Origin: Octopus vulgaris
Lineage: Eukaryota
NCBI GenBank assembly: GCA_951406725.2
Contig: OX597820.1
Location: 29,450,001 to 29,514,000 of the forward strand
Length of the DNA: 64,000 bases
Reading direction: 5' to 3'
The notes under the pieces are model-generated. The model was not told the DNA's origin. It made no database searches and worked only from the letters and a program-made list of their open reading frames with translations. The position numbers were made by a program, and so were the translations under genes. The first letter of the stretch is position 1; every line of letters begins with the position of its first letter. This document shows, one piece after another, positions 37,455 to 50,759 of this stretch.

Positions 37455-38520
37455 GATATCCAACAGGTGCTTTGAAAAGGTTCAGTCTGCATCATCACCA
37501 CTGAGCTGCAGTCTAATGTTGGTTGTGAACCTCAGCTTTTGCACATTGCTTCATAGTTAGGATGACTTCATGTTGGCATTTACCTCATCAGCTCTTGTTC
37601 CCTTTTGCAACCACAGGAAGGGTTTGTCTAAAGTCTCCTGCAAGCAACACTCTGGCACCTCCCACGAGCCTGCTGTTGTGTCTCAGATCCTGAAGGGCCA
37701 TGTCAAGAGCGCCAAAGGAAACCTTATGGCTCATTGTCGCCTCATCCCAGATGATCAATCTTCATTCACCTAGAAGTTTGCCTTTTATAAAACCACGACT
37801 GATGTTGCAGTTTACCTTCTCTTTCTTGGACAGGTCCAAAGGGAGTTTGAAACAGGAATGAGCTGTGCGGCCACCACTTAGCAGAGTTGCAGCTATTCCA
37901 CTTGACACCACTGCTATGGCAATGTTTCATTTGGCACAGTTTAGCCAGAAGAAGGTTGATCACAAATGTCTTACCAGTTCCACTTGGAGCATCGTGAAAG
38001 AAAAGACCTCCTCTTTCACTTTCAATGCTCGAAATAATGGTCTTATAAACCTGCCCAACTTATATTGCTGAATTCCATCTGCCTGCCTGCCCTCCTGTTC
38101 AAGTCCCAAAACTGCCGTATCTGAACCCTTATTGTTGTATTTACATATGTATTTCATGCTTTTTATAGAGTTGCATGACTCAGCATTAACCCGTGCCTGC
38201 AATGTTTTAGACAGCAATGAATTGTAGGGCAGGATCCACCTGTTGTCAATTTCTATCCCTTGACAATTAACTTTGAGCTTGGTAGTGTTTAAGGTGAGCA
38301 ATGGAAAATGAATTGGTTATTTCTCTTAGCTGTTAAAGGGAAAGATATGGATGTGGGCCCTAGCCATCCAATTATAGATTTTTATTAAACTTCAATGAAC
38401 CTAGTAACTGGATGTTACTTTAACATGTTTGCAAAGTTTCACAAAAATTTGTTAACAGGTGTAAACGGTAACTTGACACAAACAGACATCCAAACAGACA
38501 ACTTGCGTTTATATATGTAC
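37455..38520 (-). mobile_element. Helitron relic: deleted, frameshifted RepHel (Rep and PIF1-like helicase pieces) with Helitron-like 5' end
   Basis: IDNRWILPYNSLLSKTLQARVNAESCNSIKSMKYICKYNNKGSD (Rep); INLLLAK, SSGIAATLLSGGRTAHS, IIWDE, LAGDFRQTLPV (PIF1 motifs); atatataaacgcaagttgtctg 5' end near 38517. Confidence 0.85.
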
Positions 38521-38711
38521 AGATATATACAATGGTTTCAGTTTCAATCTACCAAATCCAGTCACAAGGCATTGATTGTCCTGAGGCTATAATAGAAGAC
38601 ACTTGCCCAAGGTTCCGCAAGGTGCGAAGAACCAGGAACAATATGGTTGGGAAGTAAACTTTTTACCACATAGTTATGCCTGCACCTGCCATGCCTGATC
38701 CTAAATGCATA

Positions 38712-38780
38712 TTCCCATGTTGGGAATCAAACCAAACCACCCGGGTGAAATCCAAGAATCCTAACCACTCGGCCACTGAC
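38712..38780 (-). pseudogene. tRNA-Glu(UUC)-derived pseudogene fragment
   Basis: Minus strand tggccgagtggttaggattcttggatttcacccgggtggtttggtttgattcccaacatgggaa; 5' acceptor stem lost, T-arm mutated. Confidence 0.7.
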
Positions 38781-40461
38781 ACACACACTCTCACTCACTT
38801 GCATGCATTCACTCATATGCATGCACTCATTCACTCGCATGCACACACTTGCACGCACATGCACACAATGGGCTTGTTTCAGTTTCCATCTATCAAATCC
38901 ACTCCAAAGTCTCTGGTTACCCTTGGGCAATAGTAGAAGACACCCAGGATGCCACGTAGTGAGACCGAACCTGAAACAACATGGTTGAGAAGCAAGCTTC
39001 TTAACCATGCAGCCACAATACTGACAGAAATGATGCTGCAAGACAAGATTACATGCCTTTGCTTTTTTGTCCATCTACTCTCTGGATTGAAATCCAGCCA
39101 GGGTTAACTTCTTTTTCTTTCATTTATTCAATTAATGAAATAACATTAAAAAAAAAATAGTGATAGGCAGTTGCGATGGTGGGGAAGTGTTAATCAAATT
39201 AACTTGAGTCTTTTCATGAATATTAGTGAATATTGGCCTGTGTAACTTCAAAAGAATCAGTGTGCGTCTCAGTCCACTGGTCCACTGTATGTTCATTTAT
39301 TTGTAAAATATTCTTTCATATTGTATTGATTGTGACATATACTGTAATGCTGCTTTTATTGCCATTGTGTCAATTAAAGAAAATATAGTTGTTGATATTA
39401 CTGTTATAAATCTCATTGGAGTCGAAGCGATATTAATTAATTCAGTCATCTCAGGTCTTTTATTTTTCTTTTGGTTCTCTCTGTCTCTCTCTCCTTCCTT
39501 CCTCTCTCTGTCTCTCTCTCTCTATCTCTTGTTCTATCATTATCAATTTAGAAATATATTGACGAGAACTAAAAGTTTCACATAATTTTGGAAAAAAATT
39601 TCTATATAATTTGTTGAATTGATTTTAATTTATTCAAGTTTATTTTATCAATTTATTTTATTTATTTATTTATTTATTTATTAAAAATGAACTGTCCTGA
39701 GACAGACGAAAAAATGTAACATTTTTTTTTGTTTGTTCATATAAATGTCAAATGTTCTATATCAAAATATATTTGGAAATATGAACAGATCAAATTTTGC
39801 TCTTGTTATTCCCACTGACAGTGATAGTATCATTGCAATTGCCTTATCCAGATATTCCCGTTTAGATGATATAGAGGCCCCTTTTGGTCATGAATGACTG
39901 TGGGATTGCACCTAGAAAATGACCCTCTTAGGCACAAGTCCGAGCAAGGTTGTTTATGGAAGACCAGCAGTCGCCCATGCATACCAGCCGCCCCTCTCCA
40001 CACCACCAATGTTATCTAAGAGAAAGGCAAAGGTCTTATACAGCTTGGCACCATTGATGTCACAACTCATTTCTACAGCTGAGTGAACTGGAGCAACATG
40101 AAATAAAGTACCTTGCTCAAGAACACAACACACAGCCCGGTCTGAGAATCAAACTCATTACCTCAATGCTCTAACCACTGAGCCATGCACCTTCACAAAT
40201 GACATAATAATGTTTTTAATGAGAGTTCTTAGATATGGTTGCTCTATCTATATTGTGTACTTGATGTCCAGAGAAGGGGAAGATGTTTGAAATAATCATT
40301 ATCAGTAGCAGCAGCGGTATTTCAGCATCTACTTTTCCATGCTTGCATGGATTAGTTGAGACTGCATTGGATCAGGGTTTTCTATGGATGGATGCCCTTC
40401 CTGATGCCAACCTTCACTTGTTTCCAAACTAAGTAATAATATCCCCCAACTGTTGAAATAT

Positions 40462-40850
40462 GAGCAGGTGTGGCTGTGTGGTAAGAAGCTTGTTTCCCAA
40501 TCACATGGTTCCAGGTCCAGTCCCACTGCGTGGCACCTTGGGCAAGTGTCTTTTACTATAGCCTTGGGCTGACCAAAGCCTTGTGGGTAGATTTGGTAAA
40601 CAGAAACTGAAAGAAGCCTGTTGTGTGAGTGTGTTGTGTTATGTGTGTGTGTGTGTGTCTGTGTTTGTCCCCCTATCACCACTTGACAACTGGTGTTGGT
40701 GTGTTTACGTCCCCATAACTTAGCAGTTTGGTAAAAAAAAGATCAATAGCTTAAGAAATAAGTTCTGGGGTTGATTTGTTCAACTAAAACCCTTCAAGGC
40801 AGTGCTCCAGCATGGCCACAGTCTAATGATTGAAACCAGTAAAAGAATAA
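40462..40850 (+). mobile_element. SINE-A copy
   Basis: gcaggtgtggctgtgtggtaagaagc...gaaaccagtaaaagaataa. Confidence 0.85.
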
Positions 40851-42633
40851 AAAAAACCCAGACATGTTTAAACAGGGAACCGGAAACAAATGATGTTGTC
40901 TGATTGAGCATTCTGCTTAGCCTTTCCAAAGACCACACAACATCTCAAAAAGCCTAGTTTGCTTTGACAGTGGACTGCAAGCAAATGACATCACAGTCTA
41001 TATAAACTGAGATATTTTTGATTACAATCAGTGAACACACACGAAGGCAAGAGAAAATGCAAACTCATTCACTTAAACTCACACAGAACACACACATACA
41101 CACACACGCATACAGGACTTCTTCCGTTTCTATCTGCAAACCTTTACTCACTCATAAGATATTAGCTGACCTGCAGTTATAGTACAGTTATAGCACAGCT
41201 GACAGAATCCATGCAGTAGGACTGACACCCTAACTGTGTGGTTCCAAAAAGAAAGTCAATAAGAGATTCTTAAATGAATGCTGACCACTCTCTCCCACCT
41301 CCTTTTTTTTTTCAACTTAACCATTAACAGAGACATGTGTGATGTGTTGTTCTTTACTTTTGCATTTGATCTGGAGCAGCTTAAGTCCTGTTCTACTCAA
41401 GCAGACTGTGAATCCAGAAGTTGCTAACTAAAACAAACACTGAAGCAGCACTTCTAGTTGTGGCTCTTTGATTCTTATTGTGGACATATCTTAAGAATTA
41501 GCAAATAAAGATGGCAGACCTCTTTCACCTCACATTTTAGAGATTTTGTGATGTGTTGCTGCCTGCTGTTCAAACTTACGTGCTGTGTTTCCTTCCTCTC
41601 TTTGCTCTGCAAGTCTTGGAAGCCTTGCAAGAAGGCATTAGTGCCATAATTCTCAGTTTCAGTTCTTTGAGGTGAAAAAGGTTAATCAATGAATAGATTT
41701 TGATAGTTATAAATAATTAACCATGAAGTACAAGTGTTGCTATCTCATCTATTCTTCTCAATGCCAAGCACTCAAGTACAAAGTGATGTATTAATGTAAA
41801 TACACACAACTATTCATATTGGGGTGTGTATGTGTATATATGTGTGTGTATGTGCATATATATGTGTGTATGTGCACGTGTGTATATATGTGTGTGTGCG
41901 TGTGGATAAATACCTGTTTGTTTCGATTCAACAGTTTTACATAATCAGCAATTTCACCCCAGCATCCATTCAATAGATTCATCTCTCTTTTACCAAGCAT
42001 CCACAACAATGGAATCTATTTAAATTATCACACTCAAACAATTTACAGAGAAGTCCATTCATAATAATGTTCATCCACTCAACATTGTAACACCTAAAAA
42101 CTTGATAACACCCATTTGCTCCATAATAATTGAAATCCATCATTTCTTCTGCTGTGTTCATTCAGTTGAAATAATAGTAATAATTATCAAACATAATACA
42201 ATAACTATCCCATCACTTCAATAATGGTTACAAATATAGCCGAAAGCTTTAGTCAGTCCCCCGCTTTCTTGTCTTCGCATTGGAAAAATTACTTCATCTT
42301 TTCTCTCAACTGACTTATCGAACCATTAGAAAGTATGAACTCTGAACACGTATACATTTATATCTTGGCTGTTGAATGAACAGGAGTTTTATCCTGCTAG
42401 AAATAGCCACCAAATCTCCTCCGAATTACACCTTGTCATATGAGAAAGTGATACAATGGATAAAGTAGTCCTAGGTACATTATTAGGTATGTGAGAAAGA
42501 GTGGGTAGTTATAGTAGTATTGCTTTGATCATAGGTTTGCTGGATTAGGGTTGAGTTGGGTGTAATAACATGGTTCTTTCATTTCACATCTTATTTTCTT
42601 CGTTTTTTTTTTCTTTTTTGTGAATGAACTTAG

Positions 42634-42890
42634 GTAGAGGTAGAGGGTTGGCGAAAGCGATGTGGTGGACAACAAAAAACCTTGCTGATGACAGTCAAGG
42701 CTGATCTGGAACCCTACCTAGGCCCCCATATCTACGGCGTTCTCCGCTGGAGTAAGGAGTGGCTGGAGATCACGCAGTCGTTAGCCTCAAATTGCCAGGT
42801 CTAGTCGGCGTTTGTGAGAGATGCAGCATTGAGGATGAATGAAGCCAGCTCAACCCACCCTGGGTGAATGCTGTCTCAAGACAAAAAGGA
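42634..42890 (+). mobile_element. RTE-like LINE ORF C-terminal fragment
   Basis: VEVEGWRKRCGGQQKTLLMTVKADLEPYLGPHIYGVLRWSKEWLEITQSLASNCQV*SAFVRD resembles RTE C-termini (WRKRRGGQxKTW...DR..W...VRD). Confidence 0.65.
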
Positions 42891-43261
42891 GAAGGAGATT
42901 GTAGAAGCCCATCATATATAGTCTGTTTTGGCTTGGTCTCCATAGCTGGATAGCCTTCCTAATGCCATCCATTCCACAGAGTGTAGTGGGCACTTTTTAT
43001 GTGTCCCATTGGTTAATTGAACAATTAGTTCATAATTAAAACCAAATGAGATACTTTTGCTTCATTGCTTCCCTCTTCCTCAATTTCAAATTTTAAATTC
43101 CTAATCCCATTTCATGTTATTAAGGGATGTTACCTTCCTCATATCAACAGCCACAGGGCACCACATGAGCTAAATCACATTTTCTCAAAAAAAAATAAAT
43201 AAAATATTATTAAAAAAAACCTAGAATGATTCTAAATGCAAGTCTTTCTTCTATTTTGTAG

Positions 43262-43351
43262 GCCACTAAAGTTGCTAGCACTGCAGCCAAACGAACCAAG
43301 GAACTTAGTTTAACTGTCAATGAATCTGTTATCAAACCTACACGAGATAAG
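43262..43351 (+). CDS. ARFGAP1: Internal coding exon (phase 0/0, 30 aa ATKVASTAAKRTKELSLTVNESVIKPTRDK) of an ArfGAP1-like gene
   Basis: Acceptor tctttcttctattttgtag, donor AAG|gtaaga, 90 nt open. Peptide aligns without gaps to recalled vertebrate ArfGAP1 ATKFGSQASQKASELGHSLNENVLKPAQEK. Not in the ORF track. Homology is from memory, not a search. Confidence 0.85.
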
Positions 43352-43705
43352 GTAAGATTTGCCATCTGAGTTTTCTGAGTTTTATTGCATCTTTATGCAT
43401 ATTTTACATTTGTATATTTGTGCATGCATGTGTGCATATTTATGTTTTTATATAGTTGCACTGGTGCAGTTGCATGTCTGTTTTGCATTGCAGAGAACTT
43501 GAGAACTTCACTTGCATTGTCTTGTTTTAAGTTTTATGCCTATTTCTACAGTGTGTGTGTGTATATGCACACTTACACACATATACACAAACATGTGTAT
43601 GTGTATAGATGTATATATACTAATGTATGTATACATACATATGTGTGTGTGTGTGTATGCATGTATATATATATATATATATACACACATATGTATATGT
43701 GTGTA

Positions 43706-43802
43706 TCTCTCTATATATAAACGGCAGTTTGTCTGTGCGTGTTTCTGTGTGTCTGTTTGCTTGTACCCTACAAACCTGAGCAACGCCGGGCGATACTGCT
43801 AG
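43706..43802 (+). mobile_element. 97-bp non-autonomous mini-Helitron
   Basis: A|TCtctctatatataaa ... cctgagcaacgccggg hairpin ... CTAG|T, no TSD. Confidence 0.75.
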
Positions 43803-43853
43803 TGTATATATATATATATATATATATTTGCACAACAAATATTTAAACGTACT

Positions 43854-43900
<47 letters not shown>

Positions 43901-44924
43901 TCATATACTTACATATATATAAAATTGTCCAAATTTTGTTATCATCTAAATTTCTCTTTCTCTCTTGTGTGTGTGTGTGTGTGAATGTGTATCTATATAT
44001 GAGTGATAAAGAAATTTATATACAGACAAAATGTGGCTTTATTTTCTAACTTTTCATTATCACAAATGAGTATTTATAAGTTATGGATTTTGTTGTAAGT
44101 TCTTTTCCTCTATTTCTATCTATCTATATCTGTGTATGTGTATATATTTCTGTATACATCTATTTGTATTCTTATCTCTAAATCTCCCTCCCTCACTCTT
44201 TTCTCACTTTAATACACTTTCTTTCTATCTATCTATTTATCTGTCTTTCCTTCAGTCTATATCTTATCTCTCTTTCTCTCTCTCCCTTCCTCCCTCATTT
44301 TTTAAAGATATAACCAACGGACTTGATTTTATTAAATTAGTATTGATTACCTATATTGGCTATTTGTACATCTGTATGTATTATTAAACAGAGAATAGAG
44401 TGCCTAAAGCTAAGACTTACATAGTGCCACACCACTCTAACCCCCTTCTCACTTCCCAAAGGGTATTTGTATAAAAGAAGCAGGTCTTTGTGCCAATCTT
44501 TCGGTATTATTGTGTTTCTTCCATTTATTCACATTTTATTTCCTCGGTGGGTGAATAAAGAAACAGTGCCAAACAGATAACCACTTGAACAGAGCACAAC
44601 AGAACAAAAGTAAGCTAAGCAGAAAATTTACCATTTATGTGCATGCACCATTCTGTGACTGTAAATGAGCACGCAGTGAATATATCTATAAACAGAAACA
44701 TATACATACATTATACATATATATACATATATACATATACATGTTTGTATAAACACACATAGATTTGCTTGTATACTCTCTTGGTCGTGGTTTTGTTTTA
44801 TATCCATTTCCAATCAAGAATCCTTCCTTGTGTTCCAGTTCTGCTTTAAAATATTGGACCACACATAAATATGAAGATCTTCTTCACTCGGAAAAAATTG
44901 CCTTGAGCTATCTGCTCCAACCCT

Positions 44925-46475
44925 TTATGTTCTGAGTTCAAATGCCTCTGAGGTTGACTTTGCCCTTCATCCTTTTAGGGTTGATGAAATAAGTACAAAT
45001 TGGGCACTAGGGCTAGATGTAATTGACTTATCTCCTACCCAAGAATGACTGATCTTATTCCAAAATTTGGAACCTCTATTATTATTATTATTACCATTAT
45101 TATTAAGGCTGCAAGCTGGTAAAATTATTAGCACACTAGACAAAATGTCTAACCACGTTTCTTCCAGTTCTTTACATTCTGGGTTCAAATTCCACTGAGG
45201 AATTGATGCAATTGACTTCCCTTCCCCTCAAAAACTGCCAGCCCTTTGCCAAAATTTGGAGCCATTATTAAGGTGACAAGCTATCAGAATCATTAGTTTG
45301 TTGGACAAAATGCGTAGTGATATTTTTTCTGGTTCTCTATGCTTTGAGGTCAACTTTGCCTTTCATCCTTTCAGGATTGATACAATAAGGTACCTTTACT
45401 CTTTACTCTCTCTCTTTTACTTGTTTCAGTCATTTGACTGCAGCCATGCTGGAGCACTGCCTTTAGTCGACTAAAGGACTAATCGACTCCAGGACCAATT
45501 CTTTGTAAGCCTAGTACTTATTCTATTGGTCCCTTTTGCCGAACTGCTAAGTTACGGGGACATAAACACACCAGCATTGGTTGTCAAGCAATGTTGTGGG
45601 GGCACAAACACAGACACACAAATATATACACACACATACATATATATATATATACATATATACAACGGGCTTCTTTCAGTTTCCGTCTACCAAATCCACT
45701 CACAAGGCTTTGGTTGGCCCGAGGCTATAGTAGAAGACACTTGCCCAAGGTGCCATGCAGTGGGACTGAACCCGGAACCATGTGGTTGGTAAGCAAGCTA
45801 TTTACCACACAGCCACTCTTGCGCCTGTTCAGAAGGTAGTGAAGAACTGGGGTCATTGTAATCAACCAGCCCCCTCCCCCAAAATATCAGGCCTTGTCCC
45901 TATAGTAGAATGAATTGTTATTAAGGTGACAAGCTGGATAAAATGCTTGGTGGCATTTCATCCATCTTTACATTCTGAGTTCCAATGCCACTAAGGTCAA
46001 CTTTGCCTTTCATCCCTTCAGGATCAATAAAATAAAGTACCTTCTGAACACTGAGGTCAATGTAATTGACTCCACCTCCTCTTAAAATTTTAAGCCTTGT
46101 GCCTGTAGCAGAAAGGATTATTATTATTATTATTATGATTATCATCATCATCATCATCATCATTATCAAGCAAGTGACTTACCCCTCCCCAAAATTGCTA
46201 GCCCCGTGCCAAAATTTGGAACCATTATTATGATTATTATTGTTATTGTTGTTGTTGTTGTTAAGGTGGTGAGCTGGTAGAACCATTAGCATGCTGGGAA
46301 AAAATGCTTAGTGGCATTTCATCCATCTTTACCTTCTGTGTTCAAATTCCACCAAGGTCAACTTTGCCTTTCATCCTTTTGGAGTTGATAAATAAAGTAC
46401 CAGTCAAGCACTGAAGTCAATGTAATTGGCTAGCCATCCCCCGCAAATTTCGGGACTTGTGTCTAAAGTATAGAG
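44925..46475 (+). mobile_element. Array of about six SINE-B copies/fragments with (ATT)n spacers, one interrupted by SINE-A
   Basis: Repeated SINE-B cores at about 44925, 45107, 45270, 45923, 46170, 46264. Confidence 0.85.
45394..45826 (-). mobile_element. SINE-A, full length, inserted in SINE-B
   Basis: Ends cagccactcttgcgcct; possible TSD aaggta at 45387-45392 and 45833-45838. Confidence 0.9.
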
Positions 46476-48107
46476 AATCAATAATATTTATATGCCATCT
46501 TGTTGTTTTTGTACGTCCATACCTGTGGTGTGTGTCACACTTACCTCAAAGGAAGAAGTGAGTGGCAGAGCAGGAGAGAGGAGGACAGAGAGGAAGTGAG
46601 AGAGAAAGAGAGAATGAGAGAGACAGTGAGTGGTGACGGCGTTCATTTTGTGTTTTTAAACATTTATCACATCACAAGATAAGTAGATACGTAGATGCAT
46701 ACACACATTGTTAAATTAAAAGCGGAAGAGAAGAGGGACGCAGAGGAAGTGAGAGAGAAAGTAGATACATAGATCGAAAGAAAGTTGATACATAGATACA
46801 TTGTTAAATCAAAGACAACTACAGCAAATATTGGATGTCACTTTCACTTTTCATTACCACCCAAGGATAAAATTAACTCGTAAGTGGCTGAGTACTCCAC
46901 AGGCATGCATACTATTAATGTAGTTCTCAGGGAGATTCAGCCTCATACAGAATATGACAAGGCTGGCCCCTTTAAATTACAGCTTCAACTCATTTTGGCC
47001 AGCTGAGTGGACTGGAGCAAGATAAACCTTCAAGTGATTGGAAGAGATCCTATATAGGGGCAGGAAAATCTTTTTAGTTGTTAGCGTCACTGTAGGTGTT
47101 AATCTCGTCCTAACAGCAGCATTTGTGGGTCTCACAGATCTGGAGGCCAAGCCCCCAAATAAACACCAATGCACAGGCTGTTGTTATCAAACTGAGCATG
47201 AGTCGAGGGCGAATACACAACGGAATAGCAATTATTTCCATCTTAGCTTTCACTGCTTATACTAAACACCTAAACAAATGACATTTTTGCCTTATATGGA
47301 TCATTTCCTTTTCTTTCACTCTTTATAAATAATGGCACTCTGTCAGTTACGATGATGAGGTTCCTGTTTATCTGATCAACAGAACAGTCTGCTTGTAAAA
47401 TTAATGTGCAAGTGGCTGAGTACTCCACAGACATGCATACCATAAGGTAATTCTCTGGGGGATTCAACCTCACTCAGAATGTGACAAGGCTGGCCCCTTT
47501 GAATTACAGTTACAGCTCAAGAACACAGCGCACCACAGGGAATCGTACTCATGACTTTACGATGATGGACTGAATAGCCCTAACCACTGAGCCACACACC
47601 TTCACTCTCTTAACCATAGTGAAGCAATAGAAACAGAGAAAGGAAAGCCTCAGTCATTTACAATGAAAATTAGACTGAAATACTATCGATCTTTTCCAGC
47701 TTCTTTGCTTTTAACAATGAAGAAGAGGGAAAGACATTTAGTAATGAATAAAAGGAAAGTCTTTCAGGTGTCTACGCTTTTATTCTGGAAGTTCTAGAAC
47801 GATTGAATGTTAGTTCTCTCTTCTTTCCTCCCACCCCCCGATACTTATTCGCCTTCTTTCATAGTTCTTCATGTCTTTTAGTTGGGGGGGGAAAGACCAT
47901 GTTTTTTTTTCAGGCACGTTTAACATTTTCTCTACAAACAAGCTCAGCTCCCTTCCTTTTTTCTTTTTCATACAAAAACTAATGCAAGTTTCGAATGGGA
48001 TATAACTGTGAAAAGAGCCCAGAAAAATGGGTAATAACCCCTACAAAGCAGGTGGAGGAGGAAAGTTTGCCAACAGGTGGCTACACGAAATTCAACTCTA
48101 TACTTTA

Positions 48108-48248
48108 AAGAGTGTCTTCTACAATAATCTTAGGCCAACTAAAGCCTTGTGAGTGAATTTGGTAGACGGAAACTGAAAGAAGCCCATCATATATCATCAT
48201 CATCATCATCATTTAGCGTCCGCTTTCCATGCTAGCATGGGTTGGACC

Positions 48249-48299
<51 letters not shown>

Positions 48300-48497
48300 G
48301 TAGGTGTTTGTCCCCCCCACCACCACCATCACTTAACATCCGATGTTGGTGTGTTTGTGTCCCTGTAACTTTTCAGCAGAAAAGATTGATAGAATAAGCA
48401 CCAGGCTTACAAGGAATAAGTCCAGGAGTTGATTCCTTTGACTAAAAGACAGTGCTCCATCATGGACACTATCAAATGACTGAAACAAGTAAAAGAA
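48108..48497 (+). mobile_element. SINE-A copy carrying a 55-bp family C tail insertion (48194-48248, minus)
   Basis: SINE-A body interrupted in its (TA)n by catcatcatttagcgtccgctttccatgctagcatgggttggac. Confidence 0.8.
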
Positions 48498-50472
48498 TAC
48501 CAGAAGAATGTTCCGTATCACTAAACCAAGAAGGTTCTTTGAATACGTACGATGTATTTTAAGGCTAAATAGTAATTCTGTTTACATTTGCGAAACTGAG
48601 ATATTTTGGTTGGATTATATAGTTATCAGTTTTAGACTTCTTTTTATATTCTGTAACTGTCACAATATAGCAACATTCCTCATGGCACCAGCATACAATT
48701 TACAGATGCTTACATTTTTTGTTTTCCGTGAATTTTTCACAGGTCCAGCTAGTTATTATTATTATTGGTGGTGGTGATGGATTAGCAGAATCTATAGAGC
48801 ATCGGTAAAAACCCCTTGCAGTAATTATTCCAGATATTTGCATTTTGAGTTCAAATCCCACCAAGGTCAACTTTGCCATTCATTCCCCTCCAATGTTAGT
48901 AAAAGTAACAGTCAAGTTTCATCAACTGTACCCCTGCCATGATAACTGCTGGCCTTGTGCCAAAATTTGAAATAATGCTTTTATTCTCAGGGTTGCTTCT
49001 ACTACTAATAACTTCCAGTTCCAACCCATATCACCTTTTAACCCATTTTTCATTACCTGTTTATAATCACATGCGCTAATTTTAGTGCAGCTGGCTCTCT
49101 TAGGTTAGGGTGACCGTCATACTGATGATGCCTGCTGAAACAGAAACATATGTCTCAACTAAGTGGGTGAAGGAGGTGACTTTATATTATCGGATGATGA
49201 GAGGTTAAAGTAGGATAGAGGGCCATGTACAGGTGTCTTGCCGTGGAAGAGATGCATAGCTACCCAAGCTGGAAAGAGAGAAAAATATGATGATGGTGAG
49301 GAGTCAGGGCATACCTTCAAGTTTCAATTAGGGGAACAGAGAGAGGATTGGACAGAGTGAATGGGGAGAGATGGTTAGTAGAAATACAGTAATGAAATAG
49401 CTCATGTCTTAGTGACTTCTCTGATTCTTAAATAGCTTTCTAAAAACTGGCAGAGACCAAGTCCACTTCTGTCAAGATCCTCCTCCTCCCCACCTTTCTC
49501 CTATCTCAAGCTTTGTAAACCAGACACTGAATCAAAAGCATTCTGGACATGACAATCTAGTCCTTTCATATACACTGAAGCATACTTTATTACAATAAAA
49601 TATTCACTACACCAGGGTTTTTTTTTTTAATTATGATAAAGTGTAATTTTCAAGAGTATTGACTGCTGTTTTAAGCAGAATGAGAGACCACATAAAGACC
49701 CTACATCAGCTCGTTTGTCAGCCTTTGTATTGACAGGTGTCAAATTAAGACCTGTAAACTTTGTATTTTTCTGTATCTAATTTGCAGTTAGGTTAAACAA
49801 AGTGAATAGGTCTAATTGTCTTGACCAAAAAGCTAAATGTATCGTTTGTATCATAGAATGTTTAAAACATTAAATGTGTAAGCCATAAAATCAACACCTA
49901 ATTAACCTGTTTGTGACTTTATTTCTAACGAGTAAACCGACTATTAATGAGTTTAGAATTGATTTTCAATTTAATCAAGATTTTAGTGGGTGATTTTTGT
50001 AAAATATGTCATATAATCATCGTTGTCATCATGACCACTTTTCCATGCTAGCATGAGGTAAATGAAACCTACTGAGATAGATTTTCTACAGATGAATGCT
50101 CTCCCTGTTGCCAGCCCCTTCCTCCTTTGTTCTTCAAATAAGGTATTTTTCATTGCACTGCTCCACAGATATCCACTGAACTATTGGACATTTCTTTATT
50201 GGAGAATATGAACAATGTCACCAATTTATTTAATTATTATAAAAGCCATGGTGAAGCTGACCTTGCCAGTGCTGGTGCCATCTAAAAAACACTCAGGCCA
50301 CTCTGTAAAGTGGTTAGCATTACAAAAGGGCATCCAGCCGTAAAAAACCATTCCAAAACAAACAGTAAAGCCTGGGGTCGTCCTCTAACTTGCCCGCTCT
50401 TGTCAAACCATCTTACCCATGTCAGCATGGAAAATGGATGTTAAATGATGATTAGGACAAGCAGCTTCAAAA

Positions 50473-50759
50473 GGTAGTACTTGAGAACAGTGGTCCCAGT
50501 GTGCGCACTCACATAGTCAAGCATCCGCACTAGCTAGTCGTGACTAGTCGATCCTACAACGACTAGCTAGGAAATTAAATAAAACTCAAAATAAATAATT
50601 TTTTTTACACCAAGTAAATAATTTTTGTTAAACAAAGTAAATAATTTTTTAAACAAAGTAATTAACACACAAAAACACAAAGTAAGGATCGACTAGTCAT
50701 GACTAGCTAGCACGGATGTGCGAGTGCGCACACCAGGACCACTGTTCTCAAGTAGTACC
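50473..50759. mobile_element. MITE with ~75-bp TIRs and 9-bp TSD (Merlin- or MULE-like)
   Basis: GGTAGTACTTGAGAACAGTGGTCC...GGACCACTGTTCTCAAGTAGTACC; TSD gcttcaaaa / atttcaaaa. Confidence 0.8.

Noticed and set aside
41940-42340. Possible ancient LINE RT fragment (KFLGVTM on minus strand)
   Set aside because: Single short motif with heavy decay; insufficient to annotate.
46575-46815. Imperfect purine-rich tandem duplication
   Set aside because: Low complexity; likely slippage with no evident function.
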